Below, one piece after another: positions 36,257-46,099 of a stretch of DNA of 60,360 bases. Position 1 is the stretch's first letter; every line of letters begins with the position of its first letter. The translations under genes and the position numbers were made by a program. The DNA lies in assembly GCA_045576175.1 (NCBI GenBank), contig JAZNFW010000116.1, positions 1-60,360 on the forward strand, written 5' to 3'. The notes under the pieces were generated by a model, which saw only the letters and a list, made by a program, of their open reading frames with translations, had not been told where the DNA came from and did no database searches. This stretch comes from Clostridia bacterium. GTDB lineage: Bacteria > Bacillota > Clostridia > UMGS1810.

Positions 36257-37195
36257 GTGATTTTTGTGGGCATATTTGATAGCGAAATAAAGAAAACTAT
36301 AGCTGATATATTAGAAGTAAAAAAAGACGGAGACCTTTGTTTTGCGCTTCTCTCGGACACTCATATATCTGACGAAGGTATAGATACACGCAGCAACATC
36401 TGCGAGGTTGACAAGGCAGTAAGCTTTGACTTTGTGTGCCATCTGGGAAATGTTACAAATGGTGATAACCCGCAAAACATATCCAGAAAGATGTTTAGAA
36501 GAGAGCTTGATGCCTACAGATTTTCTGTAGGCAAGAATACACTCTATGTAACACAGGGCGACACAGACGGCTGGCGTGACGAACGCTACATAGGTCAGCT
36601 TGTAAAGGGTATATTTTTTGATAAAGAGTGGTACGAAGATACTTCATTTATCCACTATGAGCAGGGTGGTGTAGGACCAAAAGGCAAACCATATTACTAT
36701 GTGGACAAAGAAGATATAAGGCTTATATTCCTTTGTTCATATTTCAGACAGTATGATCTGGAGATAGAATTCCATCAGAAATATGTGGGCTACGATGCCG
36801 AGCAGATTAAGTGGCTTTTAAAAGAAGCACTAAATGGCTGCGAAGGTAAGAAAGTGCTTATCTTTACCCACAGAATACCGCTTTCCCGCTTTGAATGCGG
36901 CAAAGCCCCTTTTATATACAGGGGCAATTCCACCGAAGCCTTTTTGACTGTGCTTCAGCAGGCAAAGGAAAGAGGCGTGGATATCGTTGGTATATTTGCA
37001 GGTGCATACAATGCCGATGATGTAGAAAGTATAGGCGATATAAATCATATCCTAATTGGACATCAGCTTGCAAAGGGCAGGGAACTGGGCACCATAGAGC
37101 AGGATTTGTGGGACGCAGTTGTCCTTAAGAAAAATGAGCGAAAGGTTTATCTCTTCCGCTTTGGCGCGGGCGAGAATAGAGTAGTAGAGTATTAA
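36257..37195 (+). CDS. Metallophosphoesterase paralogue with degenerate metal-binding motifs
   Basis: ALLSDTH is kept, but GD is replaced by HLGNVTNGD and GNHD by TQGDTDG. The track start is GTG 36257; GTG 36266 has better spacing to AGAAGG, so the start is uncertain by 9 nt. Confidence 0.65.
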   Translation: MIFVGIFDSEIKKTIADILEVKKDGDLCFALLSDTHISDEGIDTRSNICEVDKAVSFDFVCHLGNVTNGDNPQNISRKMFRRELDAYRFSVGKNTLYVTQGDTDGWRDERYIGQLVKGIFFDKEWYEDTSFIHYEQGGVGPKGKPYYYVDKEDIRLIFLCSYFRQYDLEIEFHQKYVGYDAEQIKWLLKEALNGCEGKKVLIFTHRIPLSRFECGKAPFIYRGNSTEAFLTVLQQAKERGVDIVGIFAGAYNADDVESIGDINHILIGHQLAKGRELGTIEQDLWDAVVLKKNERKVYLFRFGAGENRVVEY

Positions 37196-37255
37196 TAAAC
37201 CAAAGACTTATCCCAAAGTGAAAGTTTTTGATAATTGAATTTGTTTCAAAACAAA

Positions 37256-37290
37256 AAGGGTGACGCATTTTGCATCACCCTTAATTTTTT
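37256..37290. terminator. Bidirectional terminator between the phosphoesterase gene (+) and gdhA (-)
   Basis: AAGGGTGACGCA-ttt-TGCATCACCCTT (one mismatch), with T-runs on both strands. Confidence 0.75.
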
Positions 37291-37299
37291 GACTTCGTA

Positions 37300-38775
<1,476 letters not shown>

Positions 38776-38829
38776 TTATGCGTTTTGTAAAAAAAGAAAA
38801 GCCAAAAGATAGTTTTTGTCCTTATAAAC

Positions 38830-38858
38830 TTGACACTCTGCGGGATAGATGTTATGAT
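38830..38858 (+). promoter_or_regulatory. Putative nfnAB promoter
   Basis: TTGACA (38830-38835), 17 nt, TATGAT (38853-38858) with an extended -10 TG, 36 nt upstream of the ATG at 38895. Confidence 0.6.
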
Positions 38859-38894
38859 TTAAAGAGTAATTTTATTTTTTGCGAGGTGGCAAAA

Positions 38895-39743
38895 ATGTCA
38901 TATAAAATAGTTCGAAAAAGTGTTCTTAACGAGCAGGTTTTTCTCCTCGAAATAGATGCACCTCTTGTTGCCAGAAGAGCGGAGCCCGGTCAGTTTATTA
39001 TACTCCGTATAGATGAACACGGTGAGAGAGTTCCCTTTACAATTGCAGATTTCGACAGAGGAAATGGCACAGTTACCATAATAGTACAGATTGTGGGTAA
39101 AACAACCATGCAGCTTTCCGAATTAAACGAGGGCGATAGTATTTTGGATTTTGCAGGCCCTCTTGGTACTCCCACAAAGCTCGACGGTATAAAAAAGGTT
39201 GCAGTAATAGGCGGAGGTCTTGGTACCGCCATAGCATATCCGCAGGCAAAAAAGCTCTCTTTAATGGGAGCGGATGTTACTGTAATTGCAGGCTTTCGCA
39301 ACAAGTCCTTTGTTATTTTGGAAGATGAGCTTAAAGAGGTTTCAGATAAGCTCATAATCACAACAGATGACGGCTCAAACGGTACACAGGGCTTTGTAAC
39401 CGACAGACTCAGAGAGCTTATAGAGTCCGGCGAGAAATATGATGAGGTTATAGCCATAGGTCCGCTTGTTATGATGCGTGCAGTGTGCACTCTCACAAAG
39501 GAGCACGGCATACCTACCACGGTTTCTATGAATCCTGTTATGATAGACGGCACCGGAATGTGCGGTGGCTGTAGAGTGGTTGTAGGCGGAGAGACCAAGT
39601 TTGCCTGTGTGGACGGTCCCGATTTTGATGGTCACCAGATAGACTGGGATCTGGCACTTAAAAGACAGACAATGTATAAAAAAGACGAAGAAAAATCAGC
39701 ACACGACCATAAGTGCTATATTGGGAGGACACATCATGCCTAA
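38895..39743 (+). CDS. nfnA: Ferredoxin-NADP+ reductase small subunit (NfnA/SudB-like FAD/NAD, 2Fe-2S protein)
   Basis: 282 aa. FNR-like RRAEPGQFIILR, PFTIADF and GGGLGTAIAYP, plus a C-terminal Cys cluster GTGMCGGCR...FACVDGP. The start is set at MSYKIV with RBS GAGGTGG. It is paired with a GltD-like large subunit. Confidence 0.75.
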   Translation: MSYKIVRKSVLNEQVFLLEIDAPLVARRAEPGQFIILRIDEHGERVPFTIADFDRGNGTVTIIVQIVGKTTMQLSELNEGDSILDFAGPLGTPTKLDGIKKVAVIGGGLGTAIAYPQAKKLSLMGADVTVIAGFRNKSFVILEDELKEVSDKLIITTDDGSNGTQGFVTDRLRELIESGEKYDEVIAIGPLVMMRAVCTLTKEHGIPTTVSMNPVMIDGTGMCGGCRVVVGGETKFACVDGPDFDGHQIDWDLALKRQTMYKKDEEKSAHDHKCYIGRTHHA

Positions 39744-41133
39744 TATGTCCAATGTAAAAACACCTATGCCCGAACAAAACCCCTGCGAGAGAATACATAA
39801 CTTCGATGAGGTTTTCTTTGGTTATACCCCTGAGATGGCTATGGAAGAAGCACAAAGGTGTTTAAATTGCAAAAACAAGCCTTGCGTATCAAAATGCCCT
39901 GTAAATGTTCGTATTCCCGAATTTATACAGTGCGTTGCCAAGGGCGATTTTGACGAGGCGTACAATATAATTACCGATACCAACAGCCTTCCCGCAGTAT
40001 GCGGAAGAGTGTGCCCGCAGGAGACACAGTGCGAGTCTAAATGTGTGCGTGGTATAAAGGGTGAGAGCGTTGCAATAGGAAGACTCGAGCGTTTTGTGGC
40101 AGATTATCATATGCTAAATGCCAAGGAAGAGATCAAAAAGCCTGCCCCCAACGGAAAAAAGGTGGCAGTAGTAGGCTCAGGTCCCTCAGGTCTTACTGTA
40201 GCAGGCGATTTGGCAAAGCTTGGCTATGAGGTTACCATATACGAGGCATTTCACACCGCAGGCGGTGTTCTGGTGTACGGAATTCCTGAATTCCGTCTGC
40301 CAAAGTCTATAGTTGCCAAAGAGATAGAGAAGCTCACAGCGCTTGGTGTAAAGATAGAAAAGAATGTTGTAATAGGAAGGACAATACTTGTAGACGAGCT
40401 GTTTGACGATTTTAAATTCGATGCTGTGTATATTGCATCGGGTGCAGGCCTTCCGTCCTTTTTACGCATAGAGGGCGAAAACCTAAACGGTGTGTACAGT
40501 GCCAATGAGTTCTTAACCAGAATAAATCTAATGAAGGCATACAAATTCCCCGAATTTGATACACCTGTTTACATTGGCTCGAATGTGGCGGTATTTGGCG
40601 GCGGTAATGTTGCCATGGATGCTGCACGAAGTGCCAAAAGGCTCGGAGCAGAGAATGTGTACATTGTATACCGCAGAGGCTTCGACGAGCTTCCTGCCAG
40701 ACGCGAGGAGGTCCTTCACGCCAAGGAAGAGGGCATAGAATTTATGCTTCTTAAAAACCCCGTACGATTCCTGGGTGATGACAAGGGCTGGATTTCCGGC
40801 GTTGAGCTTGTGGATATGGTACTGGGAGAGCCCGATGAGAGCGGCAGACGCTCACCAATAGAGGTAGCAGGCTCGAACAAGGTTGTAAGCATAGATACTG
40901 CAATAGTAGCCATAGGCCAGAGTCCCAATCCGCTTATAAGACAGACTACAGAAGGGCTCGATACCAACCGCAGAGGATGTATAATAACCGATGAATTCGG
41001 TGCCACCACCAAGGAGATGGTCTACGCCGGAGGCGATGCCGTAACGGGTGCTGCAACGGTAATTCTCGCTATGGGAGCAGGCAAAACTGCCGCCAAGGCA
41101 ATACACGAGAAGCTTATGGGTACAGAGGTATGA
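39736..41133 (+). CDS. nfnB: NfnB / glutamate-synthase-small-chain-like NADPH-dependent FAD oxidoreductase with 2x[4Fe-4S]
   Basis: RCLNCKNKPCVSKCPV and CGRVCPQETQCESKC clusters, plus VAVVGSGPSGLTVAGDLA and VAVFGGGNVAMDAAR dinucleotide folds. The start at MPNMSN has GGGAGG 7 nt upstream and overlaps the nfnA end by 8 nt. Confidence 0.75.
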   Translation: MPNMSNVKTPMPEQNPCERIHNFDEVFFGYTPEMAMEEAQRCLNCKNKPCVSKCPVNVRIPEFIQCVAKGDFDEAYNIITDTNSLPAVCGRVCPQETQCESKCVRGIKGESVAIGRLERFVADYHMLNAKEEIKKPAPNGKKVAVVGSGPSGLTVAGDLAKLGYEVTIYEAFHTAGGVLVYGIPEFRLPKSIVAKEIEKLTALGVKIEKNVVIGRTILVDELFDDFKFDAVYIASGAGLPSFLRIEGENLNGVYSANEFLTRINLMKAYKFPEFDTPVYIGSNVAVFGGGNVAMDAARSAKRLGAENVYIVYRRGFDELPARREEVLHAKEEGIEFMLLKNPVRFLGDDKGWISGVELVDMVLGEPDESGRRSPIEVAGSNKVVSIDTAIVAIGQSPNPLIRQTTEGLDTNRRGCIITDEFGATTKEMVYAGGDAVTGAATVILAMGAGKTAAKAIHEKLMGTEV

Positions 41134-42065
41134 AAAAGATTTTGACCGTTACATTCAACCCTTGTATAGACAAAACAATAACAATAGAAGAGTTTAACTA
41201 CGGCGGATTAAACCGTGTCGCCAATTCCAGAACAGACATCGGCGGCAAGGGTATAAATGTGTCCAAGGTGCTAAAGAGCTTTGAGGTGCCCCAGACAGCC
41301 TATGCCATAACCGCAGGCGAAAACGGCAAAAGGATAAAGGAGTTTCTTAAAGGCGAAAATATAGACAGTGTGTTTACCGAAACGGACGGAGAGGTCCGCA
41401 TAAATCAGAAGCTTATAAACAAAAAAGATTTAGTTACCACAGAGATAAACGAAAAAGGCTTTTGCCTTACAGAAGAAAAATATATTGAGGTACTAAACAC
41501 GGTTGACAGCCTTCTTTCCCGATGCAAAATAGCTGTTTTGTCGGGCAGTGTGCCCGAAGGTGCGCCGGAGGGTGTGTATGCCGATGTTATAAACATGGCA
41601 AAAAAGTATGGTGTAAAGGTTATTTTAGATGCAGACAGCAGAAAGTTGGAGCTTGGCACAGAAGCATTACCTTATGCAATAAAACCCAATCTGGACGAAT
41701 TTTGCGCCCTCATCGGCAAAAAAGTCGCAAGTGCAAATGAGATAGTATCCGAGGCTAAAAAGCTCACACAGAAGGGAATAGAGCTTGTTGCAGTATCTAT
41801 GGGAGCAGACGGCGCGGTTTTTGTAACAAAGGATAGTGCATACAAGGCAGATCCTTTTGCGATAGAATGTAAGAGTACAGTTGGTGCGGGAGATTCTATG
41901 GTGGCTGCCATGGCATATTCGTTGCATAGTGGTTTGCCACTTTGCGATACAGCAAAGCTCTGTGTTGCCGCAGGTTCGATAACCTCTTCTAAAGAGGGCA
42001 CGCAGGTTTGTACTTTTGATGAAGTGATTGGAAGAAAAGATGATGTCAAAGTGTTTGTATTATAA
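41130..42065 (+). CDS. PfkB-family sugar-phosphate kinase (1-phosphofructokinase/tagatose-6-P kinase-like)
   Basis: ILTVTFNPCIDKT...GGKGINVS and C-terminal GAGDSMVAAM. ATGA overlap with the nfnB stop. Confidence 0.7.
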   Translation: MKKILTVTFNPCIDKTITIEEFNYGGLNRVANSRTDIGGKGINVSKVLKSFEVPQTAYAITAGENGKRIKEFLKGENIDSVFTETDGEVRINQKLINKKDLVTTEINEKGFCLTEEKYIEVLNTVDSLLSRCKIAVLSGSVPEGAPEGVYADVINMAKKYGVKVILDADSRKLELGTEALPYAIKPNLDEFCALIGKKVASANEIVSEAKKLTQKGIELVAVSMGADGAVFVTKDSAYKADPFAIECKSTVGAGDSMVAAMAYSLHSGLPLCDTAKLCVAAGSITSSKEGTQVCTFDEVIGRKDDVKVFVL

Positions 42066-42115
42066 TATTTTTTGTGTTAAAATAAAACAAAAAACAATAA
42101 GAAAGGAATGTTACT

Positions 42116-42538
42116 ATGTTAAAGAAAATACCCAAAATCATTCCCCCCGAGCTTCTCAAGATACTCGCAGAAATGGGACACGGCGATGAAATCGTTATAG
42201 GAGACGGAAATTTTCCCGGTGAAAGAGTAGGTCAGAGATGTGTAAGATGTGACGGCCACGGAGTGCCCGAACTTCTTAGTGCGATACTCGAGATTTTCCC
42301 TCTTGATACTTATGACAAGCCCGTGTACATTATGGAGAAGGTACCCGGAGATACCGTGGAAACTCCCATATGGGATGAATATGCAAAGATTATAGCAGAT
42401 CACACAAAAGACGGTCTTACTCAGGTAGAACGCTTTGCATTCTATGAGAGAGCAAAGGATGCTTATGCTGTGGTAATGTCGGGCGAATCTGCACTTTATG
42501 CAAATATAATTTTGAAAAAGGGCGTAGTAAAAGATTAA
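42116..42538 (+). CDS. fucU: L-fucose mutarotase (RbsD/FucU family)
   Basis: 140 aa. IIPPELLKILAEMGHGDEIVIGDGNFP is the RbsD/FucU N-terminal signature. Confidence 0.75.
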   Translation: MLKKIPKIIPPELLKILAEMGHGDEIVIGDGNFPGERVGQRCVRCDGHGVPELLSAILEIFPLDTYDKPVYIMEKVPGDTVETPIWDEYAKIIADHTKDGLTQVERFAFYERAKDAYAVVMSGESALYANIILKKGVVKD

Positions 42539-42551
42539 TTCCCAAAAGAAT

Positions 42552-42590
42552 AGGGCTGTAAAAAACATTGTTTTTTACAGCCCTTTTTTA
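42552..42590. terminator. Bidirectional terminator between fucU (+) and rnfB (-)
   Basis: AGGGCTGTAAAAAAC-att-GTTTTTTACAGCCCT (perfect 15-bp stem) followed by TTTTTT. Confidence 0.85.
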
Positions 42591-42596
42591 TGTCTT

Positions 42597-43385
42597 TTAA
42601 GAAATTGATATTATTTTTTTGGGACAAGCGTCTACGCAGGCACCGCACTGTGTGCATTTTTGAAAGTCAATTCTTGCAAGGTTATCCAAAACCTTTATAG
42701 CATCAAATTCACATTTCTTTTCGCATATTCTGCAGCCTATGCAACCTACCGTGCAATAATTTTTAACCTGTGCACCCTTGTCTTTAGATGAGCAGGACAC
42801 ATAGATTTTGTTTTTATTAGGCACAAGCTCAATTATATTTTTGGGGCAGGTGCCAACGCATCTTGCACAACCCACACACTTTTTATCGTCGATATAGGCA
42901 ATAGAGTCTTTTATGGATATAGCATCAAACTCACACGCCGCTATGCAGCTTCCAAGTCCTATACAGCCGTACTGGCACGCCTTGGGACCGCCGTTTAGGA
43001 TGTTTGCACTGTGGCAGTCGGTTATACCCGTAAAATCATATTTGTTACCGCATTTTTCGCTTGTTCCTTTGCATTTGAGCCTTGCTGTTTTCTTTTCCAC
43101 CGCTTTGGCTTCAACGCCCATTATGGAACATATGAAAGCGTTTTTCTCATCTGTCATAAGATTGCATTTTGTGGCACTTTCGCCATTTGTAACTATTGCC
43201 TCTGCAAGTGCACCGCAGCCTGTATATCCGCATCCGCCGCAGTTTGCACCGGGAAGACACTCGCATATTTGGTCTATTCTTTCGTCCTTATCTACCTTAA
43301 ACACAATAGATGCAAAGGCAAGGAGCGCTCCAAAGAAAAGACCTATAGCTCCTATGGAAAGAGCAGGTATTAATATTTCTGCCAT
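42597..43385 (-). CDS. rnfB: Rnf complex subunit B (polyferredoxin)
   Basis: N-terminal TM segment, CGGCGYTGC, and several CxxCxxCxxxCP motifs. It is the last gene of the rnfCDGEAB order. Confidence 0.85.
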   Translation of the reverse strand: MAEILIPALSIGAIGLFFGALLAFASIVFKVDKDERIDQICECLPGANCGGCGYTGCGALAEAIVTNGESATKCNLMTDEKNAFICSIMGVEAKAVEKKTARLKCKGTSEKCGNKYDFTGITDCHSANILNGGPKACQYGCIGLGSCIAACEFDAISIKDSIAYIDDKKCVGCARCVGTCPKNIIELVPNKNKIYVSCSSKDKGAQVKNYCTVGCIGCRICEKKCEFDAIKVLDNLARIDFQKCTQCGACVDACPKKIISIS

Positions 43386-43400
43386 ATGAGTACCCCCTTA

Positions 43401-43985
43401 TCAGAATGAAAGTCCCTGGAAACCAAGGAAAGCCATAGCCAGTAGTCCTGCGGTAATAAGTGCAATCGGGAAGCCCTTTAGAGCCTTTGGAATATCGGCA
43501 GTTTCAAGTCTTTCTCTCACACCGGCAAAAAGAACTATTGCAAGTGTAAAGCCGATTGCCGCACTAAACGCATACCACACAGATTCAATGAGGTTGTAGC
43601 TTCTCTCTACATTAAGAAGCGTAACACCGAGCACTGCACAGTTCGTGGTAATAAGCGGCAGATATATGCCAAGTGCACTGTAGAGTGCAGGCAGGGTTTT
43701 TGCCACAAACATTTCAACGAACTGAACGAGAGATGCAATAAGCAGTATAAAAGAAAGTGTCTGCAGATACTGGGCTCCAAGCGGAACGAGTATGTAATTA
43801 TACACAATGTTTGTAAGTGCTGAAGCAAGTACCATTACAAAGGTAACTGCCATACCCATACCAAGTGCAGTGTTTGTTTTTTTGGATACTCCTAAAAAGG
43901 GGCATATTCCGTAGAATTTAACAAGAACAAAGTTTTCGACAAGGATTGCTGCAACGGACAATTCAATAAAATGAGCGATGTTCAT
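43401..43985 (-). CDS. rnfA: Rnf complex subunit A
   Basis: [36 protein letters not shown] matches the RnfA/RsxA signature. Confidence 0.9.
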   Translation of the reverse strand: MNIAHFIELSVAAILVENFVLVKFYGICPFLGVSKKTNTALGMGMAVTFVMVLASALTNIVYNYILVPLGAQYLQTLSFILLIASLVQFVEMFVAKTLPALYSALGIYLPLITTNCAVLGVTLLNVERSYNLIESVWYAFSAAIGFTLAIVLFAGVRERLETADIPKALKGFPIALITAGLLAMAFLGFQGLSF

Positions 43986-44587
43986 ATTTTGTCTCCTCCT
44001 TTGTTCTTTTTTGATTTTATTACATTGAGTATGCCAAGTATTGTGCCGAGCACAATAAATGCTCCGGGAGGAAGAATAAACATAATTGCGGGCTGGAAAT
44101 TTGCTCCAAACAGGCTAAATCCAAGAAGTGTTCCCGCACCGAGAATTTCTCGTACAGAGCCGAGCACGCTAAGACCTAATGTAAAGCCAAGCCCCATACC
44201 CAAACCATCGAGTGCCGAGGGAAGAGGCTTATTTTTGGAAGCAAAGCTCTCTGCACGCGCAAGGATTATACAGTTAACAACAATAAGAGGTATAAAAAGT
44301 CCCAGTGCTGCGGAAATAGATGGCAGATACGCCTTAAGAAGCATCTCTATGATACTTACGAATGCTGCTATTATAACTATGTACGATGCAATTCTTATTT
44401 TCGATGGGATTAGTTTTCGCACCAATGATATTGCAAGGTTTGAACACACAAGAACGAATGTTGCCGAAAGTCCCATACCAATAGCATTTATAAGAGAGGT
44501 TGTAACGGCAAGGGTAGGGCACATACCAAGAAGCTGTACAAAGGTGGGGTTTTCGTTTATTATGCCGTTTTTAAATGCAGATTTCAT
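43982..44587 (-). CDS. rnfE: Rnf complex subunit E
   Basis: [34 protein letters not shown] matches the RnfE/RsxE signature. 4-nt overlap with rnfA. Confidence 0.9.
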   Translation of the reverse strand: MKSAFKNGIINENPTFVQLLGMCPTLAVTTSLINAIGMGLSATFVLVCSNLAISLVRKLIPSKIRIASYIVIIAAFVSIIEMLLKAYLPSISAALGLFIPLIVVNCIILARAESFASKNKPLPSALDGLGMGLGFTLGLSVLGSVREILGAGTLLGFSLFGANFQPAIMFILPPGAFIVLGTILGILNVIKSKKNKGGDKI

Positions 44588-45151
44588 TTATTTGCCCTCC
44601 TTTTCTATTAGCTCTTTTGCCGCCTTGAGTGCAGAATTTACTCCATTTGCAACTGCTTTGGAGGTAACTGTGGCTCCGCTTATGGCACTTATCTCGCTAT
44701 TTTTTGACGCAGAGGTTTTAACTACGGATATTTCGCTCGTCTTACCCGCAAATTGAGAAATCCAGGATTCATCAGAGGCTTTTGCACCAAGGCCCGGAGT
44801 TTCTGACATATCGGTTATTTTAACACCGCTTACTTCTCCATCTTTGGTTACGCCAACCATCATTGTTATGGCACCGCCAAATCCTGATGGGGTTACCTTA
44901 AAGCAGTAGCCAACGATGCTTCCGTCTTTGTCTTTGCCTATATATGCTTCGGAAACGCTCTCGCATTGTTTGGGTGCAAACTCATCTGCATCGGGCAGAA
45001 CCTCTGTTTTTGCTGTTTCCTCCGCTTGCGCCTGAAGCATAGCAATTCGGTCTTTTGTAAGATGGTTACACAGTACCAGAAGCAGTGTGCAAACAAATGC
45101 TATTACAAAGAGTATTGCGGCAAGCTTTATAATGAACTTTGTGTTTTTCAT
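44588..45151 (-). CDS. rnfG: Rnf complex subunit G (FMN-binding)
   Basis: N-terminal TM segment, an FMN_bind-like region (TPGLGAK) and the flavinylation motif SGATVTS. Confidence 0.85.
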   Translation of the reverse strand: MKNTKFIIKLAAILFVIAFVCTLLLVLCNHLTKDRIAMLQAQAEETAKTEVLPDADEFAPKQCESVSEAYIGKDKDGSIVGYCFKVTPSGFGGAITMMVGVTKDGEVSGVKITDMSETPGLGAKASDESWISQFAGKTSEISVVKTSASKNSEISAISGATVTSKAVANGVNSALKAAKELIEKEGK

Positions 45152-46089
45152 TTATCCTTCACCGCCTTACCGAAAGTTTTTGGCACAAAAGCCTTGTCTA
45201 TAAGAGGAGTAACTATATTCATTACAAGTATTCCGTAGGTAATGCCCTCGGGGTAAGCACCGTAGGAACGGATAACTCCGGTTATCACAGCCGCACCGAA
45301 TGCGTATATAAACTGACCTTTTGCGGTAAGAGGACTTGTTGTGTAGTCCGTAGCCATAAAGAATGCACCCAGCATAGCTCCGCCTGAGAGTATGGTAAAG
45401 AGGAAGTCTCCCTGGAAGAAGCCCGAAGGGTTGAATATAAATCCAAAAATGCCCAGAGTTGCAAGAAATGTAAGCGGTATTACGGGAGTAATAACCTTTC
45501 TTACAATAAGATATATACCCCCTGCAAGAAGTGCCAGTGCACATATTTCACCAATGCATCCGCTTATATTTGTTCCCAAAAACAAATCCTTAAGGACGGG
45601 GAGGTTTGCTCTGCCTTCTTTAAGCATGGCAAGAGGTGTCGCACCGGAAATGCCATCTGCAGTCCAGTCTGTCATGGCAACGGGCCACGAAGCGAGCAGA
45701 AAAGCTCTTGCGGCAAGTGCGGGATTAACAATGTTCTGACCGAGACCTCCAAAAAAGCATTTTACTATAATTATGGCAAATATGCCTCCAATGATTGGTA
45801 TGAAAAGGGGTACATTAAAGGGCAGACACATAGCAAGCAGAAGTCCTGTAACAACAGCACTTAGGTCTCCTATGGTGTTTGGCTTTTTGGATAGCTTGTT
45901 CCACACATATTCACTTATGACACAGCTTGCTATGCTGATTGCAGTCACAAGAAGGCACCTCGCACCTAAAAGGAATACCGAAACTATGAGAGCGGGCAAA
46001 AGTGCTATTATTACATCGCGCATAACAGTAGATATGTACTTGTCGCCTCGTATGTGAGGTGCGTATGATATACTTAAATTTTTATCCAC
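45148..46089 (-). CDS. rnfD: Rnf complex subunit D
   Basis: Polytopic membrane protein with SGATPL and the NqrB/RnfD layout. 4-nt overlap with rnfG. Confidence 0.85.
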   Translation of the reverse strand: MDKNLSISYAPHIRGDKYISTVMRDVIIALLPALIVSVFLLGARCLLVTAISIASCVISEYVWNKLSKKPNTIGDLSAVVTGLLLAMCLPFNVPLFIPIIGGIFAIIIVKCFFGGLGQNIVNPALAARAFLLASWPVAMTDWTADGISGATPLAMLKEGRANLPVLKDLFLGTNISGCIGEICALALLAGGIYLIVRKVITPVIPLTFLATLGIFGFIFNPSGFFQGDFLFTILSGGAMLGAFFMATDYTTSPLTAKGQFIYAFGAAVITGVIRSYGAYPEGITYGILVMNIVTPLIDKAFVPKTFGKAVKDK

Positions 46090-46099
46090 AATTTTTACC

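Noticed and set aside
1-37195. Calling the island a mobile genomic island or prophage
   Set aside because: There is no integrase, transposase, tRNA target, phage gene or flanking long direct repeat. Accessory character is inferred only from gene content, and I could not compute GC or codon bias.
43971-44756. 261-aa ORF on the + strand across rnfA/rnfE
   Set aside because: It is a shadow ORF antisense to two strongly supported membrane-protein genes. It has a Pro/Ser/Ile-rich low-complexity translation and no RBS.
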